Source of the DNA: Amoeboradix gromovi X-113
Taxonomy: Eukaryota; Fungi; Sanchytriomycota
Assembly: GCA_018985225.1 (NCBI GenBank)
Contig: JADGIF010000286.1
Location: 1 to 11,703, forward strand
DNA: 11,703 bases
Reading direction: 5' to 3'
The translations under genes and the position numbers were made by a program. Below the pieces are notes generated by a model. That model searched no databases, was not told the DNA's origin, and saw only the letters and a program-made list of their open reading frames with translations. This document shows positions 1 through 7,741 of the stretch, piece after piece (the stretch's first letter is position 1; every line of letters starts with the position of its first letter).

Positions 1-153
1 GCAAAGATTAAGTTACATTTCGGAGAGACGCCTATCTTGTGCTTTTGCGACAAGAAGGGATAGAATAAGAGACAAACTCATTTACTCGAATGCGACTTAT
101 TGCTGTGAGACAATATTGAAGAGAAATCTCCGACTTGCAGTCCACCACATGTC

Positions 154-672
154 TCAAATGTTAAGAATTTCATTCTCCGATAGATGTTTTTTAAACTTGA
201 CTTGTTCACTAATATCCAAAGTCTTTATATGCCTGTTAATTTCATCTCTCACATTGGAGGTTAGCGCACCTGTTTTTCTAGCCCATTTAGCAACATCAGA
301 CACAAACACGTTGTTTTGACTTTGATTGCCTATTTTGACCAAACAAATAAACTGCGGCTCCCTTATTACATTTGCCCACAGATTTTTGATCCTTATGTGA
401 TGCAAAAGAGTTGTGGTTAAACTCATTCTCTCCCTATCATCTTTTAAATTTAAGAACTGATTAAGAAGCATGTGCGTGATATTGGGTGTCAGTGGTCCTT
501 GTAAATAGCTCTTAAATATTCTGCGAACATTGATCTTGTGCTCTTCAACACCTTCTCTGAACATCTTATCAAATGGACGATATGCGCTCTTTTGTACGTT
601 ATTGGATTCCGATGAAAGTCCCTTTTTTACTATTGAAGATGAGCGGCTTTGTACTAGACTCCTGAAAATCAT
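154..672 (-). CDS. Hypothetical protein, 172 aa, possibly mitochondrion-targeted
   Basis: ATG-initiated 172-codon ORF in AT-rich DNA. The N-terminus (MIFRSLVQSRSSSIVKK) is Ser/Arg-rich and acid-free, like a presequence. No family recognised. It is the only called gene ending in TGA and has no AATAAA at its stop. Confidence 0.55.
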   Translation of the reverse strand: MIFRSLVQSRSSSIVKKGLSSESNNVQKSAYRPFDKMFREGVEEHKINVRRIFKSYLQGPLTPNITHMLLNQFLNLKDDRERMSLTTTLLHHIRIKNLWANVIREPQFICLVKIGNQSQNNVFVSDVAKWARKTGALTSNVRDEINRHIKTLDISEQVKFKKHLSENEILNI

Positions 673-678
673 CTGGAT

Positions 679-896
679 TGTTTGATGTATGACCCTGACG
701 TTTTAAACCGGTGAAGATTAAATGTCAATTATTTTTCTTTGGACTTCAAGAAAATATCTCATCGCTCCGAAGACTACAAGGAGACCGCCCTAGGGCACTG
801 ACTTTATACAGGCATGAAGCAAGGTCTAACACGTTGGAGATGTATGATTCCAAATCATTCGATATTTTAAATCTTCAACGTTGTAATCATCAAATA
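679..896 (+). ncRNA. Candidate structured non-coding RNA, family unassigned
   Basis: Nested stems found by eye: 679-687/888-896, 688-693/880-885, 712-719/870-877, 720-726/861-867, 733-739/748-754, 755-760/837-842, 765-768/780-783, 800-805/821-826, 844-849/853-858. The non-Watson-Crick pairs read as G-U on the + strand. Confidence 0.3.
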
Positions 897-929
897 CTGA
901 AAGTTCATAATAAAAGTATCATAAATTTA

Positions 930-1982
930 TTAATAGAGGCAATCCTTTAAGCCCAGCTTTTCGACACAAACATATTCTGTTCTAGAACAGCATAAATCTT
1001 CGCCACAAATAGGATTTCCTTGTAATGGGCCACAACTTACTCCCTTACCTACTCTTCCAATTATAGGAATGCTGGCATTAAATGGCATAGTAAAATTTCC
1101 GCTGGTATAGTTTCCAATAGTTCCGTTGTATATATAGCTGGCTGCGTTGGTCCAATTATAAGTGCTATTTCCACTTAACGACTCAAAAGTATTTGTGACT
1201 GCGCTAAAGTTACCATTGACTTGTGCTACAGTGGCATTACCAGAGGCTGCTTGGATTAACTCCTTGGGTGGCATGTAGCACGGATTCTTATCAAAAGTGA
1301 CATTCGCAACCCCGATTAAAGGTTGATTGTTTGTTAATTTACTTATTGTAGAAGCCAAACTAGGGTCATATATTGTTGAGTTTCCATAGAAACCATCTCC
1401 GTTCATAGCTTGATTAAATATAAGGTAAAAGTCGCTCTCCGATGTTGCATTAACGACTGCGAACAATAATATGACAACATCATTAGTTTGTTGCAATAAT
1501 CCTGCAACAGTCAGAGTGTTTCCATCAGGACTGCAAAGACCAATCTCGGTACCCAGTACACTAGTTTGGTTAAACGTTTGCCCACTCATCCCTTGCCCAA
1601 TGGAATTTCCCAAATTGCCTTTATTTGTAAAGTAACCACCTTGGAAGTTTTCAGAAGATGCATGGGTGTTTGCTGACTCATTTTGGCTTGTAGAATTGTT
1701 GTAGACTACCCCAGGATAGTTTGTACCGGATGCAATAGCAACATTGCTAGTGTTCGTAAATGCAAGACATGCAGCTGCGGTCGCGCTGTCAGTAATATCC
1801 CTGCAGGCCCACAAGACATCGTTGTATGCGGTATAGTTTCGTACTGCCCATAACACGTCTTGGGTGTTTGACATGTTTGCCGACTGATACCAGCTTGAGT
1901 CGTTTCCGTTGAAATACAAAGCATCGCTTAGCCATTTATTCTGAGCAGAAGTTTGAGAGAGGATTATCAAGTAGAATATCAT
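930..1982 (-). CDS. Secreted Asn/Ser/Thr-rich glycoprotein with C-terminal degenerate hevein-like (CBM18-like) 6-Cys module, 350 aa
   Basis: Short hydrophobic N-terminus (MIFYLIILSQTSA) and well over a dozen N-x-S/T sequons. The C-terminus CGPLQGNPICGEDLCCSRTEYVC...C resembles the C-G-x-C-x4-CC-S hevein pattern. AATAAA overlaps the stop. Confidence 0.8.
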   Translation of the reverse strand: MIFYLIILSQTSAQNKWLSDALYFNGNDSSWYQSANMSNTQDVLWAVRNYTAYNDVLWACRDITDSATAAACLAFTNTSNVAIASGTNYPGVVYNNSTSQNESANTHASSENFQGGYFTNKGNLGNSIGQGMSGQTFNQTSVLGTEIGLCSPDGNTLTVAGLLQQTNDVVILLFAVVNATSESDFYLIFNQAMNGDGFYGNSTIYDPSLASTISKLTNNQPLIGVANVTFDKNPCYMPPKELIQAASGNATVAQVNGNFSAVTNTFESLSGNSTYNWTNAASYIYNGTIGNYTSGNFTMPFNASIPIIGRVGKGVSCGPLQGNPICGEDLCCSRTEYVCVEKLGLKDCLY

Positions 1983-2183
1983 ACGGAACCAGGAACTATT
2001 TGTCTTATATAGTGCTGTACACGTTTTCTCTAAAAACCCCCTCAGGCAACTAAATTATAGAGCCAGAAATAATTGTGTAAATTTTGTTGCAACGACTCAA
2101 AATTGAGATGCAGGGTGCAGCAGGTAACGTTAACAATTTAAACATCTACGAAATTTCAAGGGTCAATGTAAAACACTCGAGAT

Positions 2184-2387
2184 ATGTTGTCCACTTTTTT
2201 TCATTACATTAAACCTATGATTGTAAATATACAGAAACCGGTGATATCTAACATAAGCAACCCTCTTCTAACAGCCATTTCTCCAATGACGCTGTCAGGA
2301 AATGTTTTGAAAAAAAGAAGAAAGAAGATGAACAAGCATAAACTACAAAAGCGAAGAAAATTGCTCAGAAACAAGTCTAAAAAGTAA
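2184..2387 (+). CDS. COX24: Mitoribosomal small-subunit protein mS38 (Cox24/AURKAIP1, DUF1713) family, 67 aa
   Basis: C-terminal NVLKKRRKKMNKHKLQKRRK matches the mS38 signature (SV.RKRR.KM.KHK..KRRK). The N-terminus is presequence-like. Confidence 0.85.
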   Translation: MLSTFFHYIKPMIVNIQKPVISNISNPLLTAISPMTLSGNVLKKRRKKMNKHKLQKRRKLLRNKSKK

Positions 2388-2410
2388 AGTCGTACATTTT
2401 AATGTTTTAT

Positions 2411-2749
2411 TTAAAGCTTTGCACCCTTCTGTAGCGTTTTTAATGCCGTATCGAGCTTCAATGCGGTCATCATATTACCTTTGATCTTTAACTTTCCCTT
2501 CATAAATGCGTTTTGGCTGGTAGATTTTCCGGCTACTATGTCTACCAAATCGCTCTCTTTCAATACAATTGTAACATCACCAGCAGTGCCATCACCTGGT
2601 TTGATTGAGCCGTTTTTGAAGTCTAGGACATACTGCTGTCCATCAATTTCTAAAATAAAAACACTGTTGATTTTCTTCAGCATCTCTGATCTATTTTCGT
2701 CATTCAATGAAGCAAAGGAAGCACTGAGAGTATCAATTATTTGAGACAT
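2411..2749 (-). CDS. SCP2: Sterol carrier protein 2 (SCP2) domain protein, peroxisomal, 112 aa
   Basis: SCP2 motif AFMKGKLKIKGNMMTALKL. The C-terminal AKL is a PTS1 signal. Confidence 0.93.
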   Translation of the reverse strand: MSQIIDTLSASFASLNDENRSEMLKKINSVFILEIDGQQYVLDFKNGSIKPGDGTAGDVTIVLKESDLVDIVAGKSTSQNAFMKGKLKIKGNMMTALKLDTALKTLQKGAKL

Positions 2750-4587
2750 AGGAGTGAAATTAACAATGCATCAAATTTAAAAACTAGACTAACTTTCTGA
2801 AATAGTTTGAATCATTATTTCAAGTGTGTATTAACCGATAGTAAATTAAATTAAATCAATCTGTTCAAGTAAATTATTTTAGTATAAAAGCATTTCATCC
2901 ATCAAAATCTTAGAAACAATGATTAACAAGAAGAAGAGAAACAAAAATTAAGTTATTAAAAAGAAAAAGGAACAGATAAAACACTCAAAGATCTTATTCG
3001 AAAGGCATAGTGGGTCATCTTGTTTTATTTTAAAGAGAGGAACCACATTAATGAAAGAAGTACTTTTATTACTAATTGTATTCCTCCTTATGGAGCACTT
3101 CCTTTAAAGACGACTTAGTCTAGTTTTTATATTTGCTGTCCCATTTATTAGATTTAGGTAAAGCTCAATTATAAGGTCAATGTGATATTTCATATGACTC
3201 CTACGATGTTGGTGTCATCCTTTCGTTTACGAAATCGCCTACCTTAGCTTCTTGCGTTACACAACTAGCACACTTTCAATGGTCCAACTAGCGCTCTCAT
3301 TAATATCACAAAGTGTGGGGCATGATTCACATGTCAGTTCTCTTTCTTTTCCCACGTATCTTGCGACTGAAGCTATCCTTACACCCGCAGAGATCTGAAA
3401 TGATAGTCCCATCTCCCCATTTCGAGTACTGGTATAATAATTATCCGTTAAGACCTGGCTTGAATCCCTTGATGTGAACCTCAGTCTCTCCCACTGCATA
3501 GTATTTCTTTTAATCCTGTCTCTATTTTTTGCTCGCTCTTTTGTGATTTAGTTTGATATTACCAAAGGTGGTTGCCGCATCATTTTTTACGATTCGAGTT
3601 TCTTTCGCTAAATCTTAGCTTTCCAAGTCACAACTGCTTAAAATACTTCCGTGTATAGACTAACTCTTATGCGTGACATAGGATGCTAATCAGTGTAAGT
3701 TCTCTATGGAGGTTCCACTCTTTCACGGTGGATCTTTAATCTTCATGCTGACAAAGTCTCTTATATTTCTATGTTATACGTTTATGTTGATATGTTCTAA
3801 CAAAAAGCCTGATGGCTCTCCAAGGCTGTCTCATATAATAGTCCTTTAGGTTTTCTACTGGTAAATTGGTTGATTGCACCACTACGTACTATGTTTTTTA
3901 TGCTGAACGCGGAATTATTTCCGGAACAGAGACTTATATGGTGATAACATGACAGAAATCTTGAACCATTATAAGTCACAATCAGATTTTTTCCGCTACC
4001 GCTGAATATCCATCTTCATGATCTTTAAGCCTTATCTCAACACGTTGTTTCCTTTCTAATTCGCTTATTCAGTCATAAGATCTGGTTAATTAAAAGAGTT
4101 TTGCGACGTAAATCCAAAAATGAAAGTGCCTTAACAGTGAAGTGAACTCAATTTTTCCAGGTCATCAACACTGCATCTAACTTTGACTGGCTTCTTAATG
4201 ATATAGTTTTGAATACCTAACGTATGGGTCTTATTCGATTGTCTTCGAATAGAAAAGATTGTATTGTCGAGTCCGTACGAAATATAAAATTTGAAAGCGT
4301 TGATAAAAGAGATCGTAAGCGTTAATGCTAGCAGTGCTGAGGATAAACAAACACACTACGCAAGGATTTTAACCGAGAATTTCATGATATATTGTTCTAC
4401 CTGTATCCAACAGTACATTGGTTTTATCTTAACATTTAGTCATAATAAGAATCTTTGCAATAGTTGAATGTTTTAGGATTTATTCATGCAAGGACTAACA
4501 AAAGCCATTGATAAGGTGAGTCCGGGATACCATATTGCCGTTTGTCAAAGTTTATTTTAAACACATCTGGGGTACGCAACAAAATAA

Positions 4588-4660
4588 TGGAGGCGGAGAG
4601 TTTTGATCTCCCTACATCTCGCATGCAAAGCGAGCACTCTACCGATTGAGCTACGCCCCC
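4588..4660 (-). tRNA. trnA-UGC: tRNA-Ala (anticodon TGC), intronless
   Basis: Cloverleaf GGGGGCG TA GCTC AATCGGTA GAGT G CTCGC TTTGCAT GCGAG ATGTA GGGAG ATCAAAA CTCTC CGCCTCC A. It has the G3:U70 alanine identity pair and is followed by TTATTTT (Pol III terminator-like). Confidence 0.97.
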
Positions 4661-4713
4661 TATGACACTTTCAAAATTATTTCTATTTTATTCTGAAAGT
4701 ATTGCAATTTCAA

Positions 4714-5079
4714 CTATTTATTTATTGGCTCTTTGAATTTGCTAAGTGGCGCGTTCTGCATCGCCAAAGAATTCCATTCTCTGTGTAACAACTCGCTAAG
4801 CAATTGGTTATGCTTGTTAAACCAAACCTTACCATCGTAGTCAAATCTCAATGGTCCGCTTATTGGAGAGCTCCACCATATTTGCCTATTAGGTGGCTGT
4901 TTATTTAAAACATATCTATATTTGTTCAAATTAAAGTTCAGTATTCCAGAACTGTAATCGCAGTTGAAATCTTTAATGTTTTCCCCAAGTTCATCTAATT
5001 GTTCAGAAAGATGGCACAAATATCTGTCACTAATTTCATGGTATTGTTCAGCAGGCAACCTCGAGATTCTTCGAATCAT
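4714..5079 (-). CDS. YFH1: Frataxin (CyaY/Yfh1), 121 aa
   Basis: Signature YVLNKQPPNRQIWWSSPISGPLRFDY. The start is moved from the TTG at 5085 to the first ATG at 5079. Confidence 0.95.
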   Translation of the reverse strand: MIRRISRLPAEQYHEISDRYLCHLSEQLDELGENIKDFNCDYSSGILNFNLNKYRYVLNKQPPNRQIWWSSPISGPLRFDYDGKVWFNKHNQLLSELLHREWNSLAMQNAPLSKFKEPINK

Positions 5080-5144
5080 TCTCAATGTTTCAATGATTTT
5101 TAATATGTTTTGAGAAATTCCCTTGCAGGTTACCCCGTAGCAAA
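5080..5144. promoter_or_regulatory. 65-bp divergent intergenic region (probable bidirectional promoter) between frataxin and the Rab5ip-family gene
   Basis: Head-to-head ATGs at 5079 (-) and 5145 (+). Confidence 0.55.
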
Positions 5145-5378
5145 ATGAGATTGCTCTTAATTAGATTTCTGCTCTCAATAATCCTTGGTTATGTTTATTT
5201 CGTCACAAAAATTGATGGATATTTAAGCCTTATTGTGTACATCTGTGTATCAACAGCTGTTATTCAGGTAATAGAAAAGCCGAACGAGGATATTAGGGCT
5301 ATGGTTTGGGCAGACGGCTTGTTTCCTGGAATCGCTCTATACTCGCTCGTTTGGATTGGTTTGCACAACCTTCAATAA
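5145..5378 (+). CDS. Rab5ip-family small membrane protein (EMC6 or RAB5IF/OPTI-like), 77 aa
   Basis: Three hydrophobic segments. The pattern 'SIILG...KIDGYLSL' and the C-terminal 'DGLFPGIALYSLVWIGLHNL' resemble the Rab5ip consensus (EG...F.L.W...Y). AATAAA overlaps the stop. Confidence 0.7.
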   Translation: MRLLLIRFLLSIILGYVYFVTKIDGYLSLIVYICVSTAVIQVIEKPNEDIRAMVWADGLFPGIALYSLVWIGLHNLQ

Positions 5379-5544
5379 TAAATGCAATAAATTTGAACTT
5401 TTGTGTTAGCATAAGCCATTTGAACACCCATATACGTAGGAAAAATCATGGGAAACCATTGACTAAGGCAGACTTCCCTGAGATATACGACCAGACAAGT
5501 CTGAGTAAATTCAAATGCATCTCAATAAGAGAATGAAAGGTTTA

Positions 5545-5985
5545 TTAAAACTTTTTGAACTGCTTTGCACCTTCAGCAGTCTTGTTGATCTTAATAACGT
5601 TGAATCGAACAGTCTTGCTCAATGGTCTACATTGTCCAACAGTAACGTTGTCACCGACCTCTACTCTAAATGCTGGAGAGCAATGTGCGTTTAAATGCTT
5701 GTGTCTTCTTTCGTATCTGTTATATTTTTTAACATAATGCAAATAGTCCCTTCTTAATACGACGGTTCTTGTCATTTTAGTGCTTACAACAGTCCCGCTC
5801 AGAATTCTTCCTCTGATGCTCACGTTGCTTGTAAACGGACATTTTTGGTCGATGTATGTTCCTTCAATAGCTTCTGTCGGTGTTTTATATCCAAGTCCAA
5901 TATTTTTGTACCATCTCTGTTTGCGTCTCGGCTGCTTGCCATGCAAAAACAAATGTTGCTTTGGAAATGCAGATGCGTGTTCCAT
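5545..5985 (-). CDS. RPS11: 40S ribosomal protein S11 (uS17), 146 aa, intronless
   Basis: [45 protein letters not shown] and [14 protein letters not shown]. The real start is the ATG at 5985; the ORF track start at 6024 is GTG. Confidence 0.98.
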   Translation of the reverse strand: MEHASAFPKQHLFLHGKQPRRKQRWYKNIGLGYKTPTEAIEGTYIDQKCPFTSNVSIRGRILSGTVVSTKMTRTVVLRRDYLHYVKKYNRYERRHKHLNAHCSPAFRVEVGDNVTVGQCRPLSKTVRFNVIKINKTAEGAKQFKKF

Positions 5986-6061
5986 TATCTTTCGTTTTCT
6001 CACAAAAACGGAGCCCAAAAACACGTGTTATTTTACCGTTCTGAGATTCCGAAATCCTACC
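5986..6061. promoter_or_regulatory. 76-bp divergent promoter between RPS11 and the snoRNA host gene, with a central palindrome AACACGTGTT (6020-6029, E-box core)
   Basis: Head-to-head ATGs at 5985 (-) and 6062 (+). A perfect 10-bp palindrome lies near the midpoint. Confidence 0.5.
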
Positions 6062-6573
6062 ATGGATCGTCCAACCCACACAGTAAGTATTGGAATATGA
6101 TGAGAAGTAGTAGCGTATGATGCATGATTTATTTCAACGACTTAACCCTGATTCTCTTTTTAACGTAGTAGAGTACTTTAATCGGTTTATCCATCTCTGC
6201 TGTCTACAGTGCCAGCATTAGCAAGTATTTCATTAATCAGTTTTCTTTATTGTACGGATTTCAGATGAAAGGCAGCCCACATCAGTGGTACCGCTTTCAT
6301 ACCAAAAAGCTCTTTTATTCTGTTCAAAAATCGACAACTCATGGGCTGATGAAAGGCTTTCCTATTGGATTGTGTAGCTTTGGGATATTTAGCCTTCATA
6401 GTTACTTGAAGCCCACTACTGGAATTCCTACTTGGATTTGTATTGGACTGTTTGCTGCCGTTCCACTTTCTGCTGTTTACCCTTCTAAACAAGTCTTTCG
6501 AATTTCTGTAGTCGGAGGGCTTTTGTTGTCTGGTTTGGACGCCTCCCTAACATATTTAAAAGGTTTAGAATAA
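6062..6573 (+). CDS. Tim17/Tim22/Tim23-superfamily-like membrane protein, 140 aa, 2 exons: join(6062..6082,6172..6573)
   Basis: Exon 1 MDRPTHT ends at a perfect GTAAGT donor. The frame is open from 6172 to the TAA at 6573 (STLIGLSISAVYSASIS...WYRFHTKKLFY...GLMKG...). It has four small-residue-rich hydrophobic segments, and WYxxHxxK resembles a fungal Tim17-like family motif (from recall, unverified). Confidence 0.7.
6083..6171 (+). other. Spliceosomal intron (89 nt; alternative 3' end at 6168) hosting a snoRNA
   Basis: GTAAGT donor at 6083, branch-like TTAAC at 6160-6164, TAGTAG at 6166-6171. Confidence 0.75.
6092..6155 (+). ncRNA. Intronic box C/D snoRNA (~64 nt)
   Basis: Box C ATGATGA 6097-6103, D' ATGA 6117-6120, C'-like ATGATTT 6124-6130, box D CTGA 6148-6151, terminal stem GGAA(6092-6095)/TTCT(6152-6155). 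It lies wholly within the intron. Confidence 0.75.
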
Positions 6574-6587
6574 ATATTTATTGTTTT

Positions 6588-7741
6588 TTACATGAATCCC
6601 AATTTTCTTAATGATTCCATTATTGATCTTCTATTTCTCTGGTCTTGTGGACTTGAAGTGGGTACCTCTGGTTCCTTCTCTACTATTGGCGATATCGAAA
6701 GAGATGGCTCTACTAGGGCCTCTTCCGGGTTATCTAAATCCAATGCTATGTTATCTAACGGGCAGAACTGTCTACACCTAAGTTAATTTAAAAGAACATT
6801 GGACATAAGAAGTGGCCCACACAAAGCTGCCGTACACAATGATAGTGAAACAGATGGCAGCATGGACTGATAAACAACCCATGATATAATTTCAATGGCA
6901 TTAAACAGATGCAGCATTCAGGCAAGCTCATTTCTGCAGATTGGGACTTGCTTGCCGAGGCCAGTGGTAGATCTGTAAATATTGGTAATGGAGGTACTTT
7001 CGATTCTTGTGTTTGAATATCCCCAGTGTCTTCCTGTAAGCTATCTGTTACTGGTGTAGTGTCTATGTCCATTTTATCACCATGGACCAGTGTGTTTGGT
7101 CTTTTCTTTTTATCAGAATTAGAATCGATAGGGCTTGGTGGTAAGTCAATTTCTATATCACTTGGAAGATCATTCAGATCCATGGTAGCATGATCCTCGG
7201 ATCCGGGTTGCTGAATAGACTGAAGTACGTCATGAACAGGAGTCTGGTGTGTTATACTGTAAAGCTTCTTAATCAAAAGATTCAGCTCCTGATATCTCGT
7301 ATGATTTAGTAACGGATATTCTTGATTTAATTCTATTTTGCATTTTACGCTTTTGTAGATATCTTCATGACGCTGCTGGTAATCAACTCCCAATTGAAGC
7401 TGGTCCTGGTGTTTGAGTTGAAAGTAATTAGAAGGTGTGTTGGCAGCACTTAAACGCTTACCATTGACAAAAGTACCACTAGAGCTACCCAGATCTTTAA
7501 TCATCCATCCGTAATCATCCGCTCCATTACACAGCTTTAGCGAACCATAAATCAGTTCAGCATGAACACGACTAATCACTTTAGATCTAAATGTAATATC
7601 GAATTCAGTCTGCTTCTCCTTATCAACATGTCTTTTAATAGCAAACTTGTGTATAATTTCACCCTCTACATTTTTAGCTTCATATTTCTGAATTATGGGA
7701 AAAGGTAGTGAGTTGGGAAGTGGTATAAAAGTAATTGGCAT
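6588..7741 (-). CDS. DMA1: FHA + RING-H2 E3 ubiquitin ligase (Dma1/Chf family), 377 aa, 2 exons: complement(join(6588..6777,6798..7741))
   Basis: FHA motifs FRSKVISRVHAE, KDLGSSSGTFVNG and QLGVDYQ...IYKSV. The RING CCIC...PCCHLFHYHC...CPMCR is completed only after removing 6778-6797. Exon 2 is open to the TAA at 6588, with AATAAA 5 nt later. Confidence 0.93.
6778..6797 (-). other. 20-nt spliceosomal intron GTTCTTTTAAATTAACTTAG
   Basis: GT...TTAAC-T-TAG. It contains the in-frame TAA, and its removal restores the eighth RING Zn ligand (CPMCR). Confidence 0.88.

Noticed and set aside
97-156. TGA readthrough or recoding extending ORF 154..672 by DMWWTASRRFLFNIVSQQ
   Set aside because: A single instance. 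The conserved genes contain no in-frame TGA, so there is no evidence of recoding.
2-319. + strand frame open from the window start through ORF 116..319
   Set aside because: Largely the antisense shadow of 154..672 with no recognisable motif. It cannot be excluded as the 3' end of an upstream gene, but nothing supports that.
711-950. 79-aa + strand ORF
   Set aside because: GTG start with an in-frame TGA upstream, overlap with the 3' end of the secreted-protein gene, and no recognisable motif.
6225-6240. Possible 16-nt intron GTATTTCATTAATCAG
   Set aside because: The frame is already open through it, and removing it would cause a frameshift.
5555-6492. Overlapping ORFs 5555..5737, 5780..6100, 5845..6120, 5885..6079, 6247..6492 (and similarly 1706..1924, 2481..2744, 5306..5536, 6592..6786, 8280..8498, 9585..9923, 10485..10778)
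   Set aside because: Antisense or alternative-frame shadows of better-supported genes. The open antisense frame at 6592..6786 simply mirrors DMA1 exon 2.
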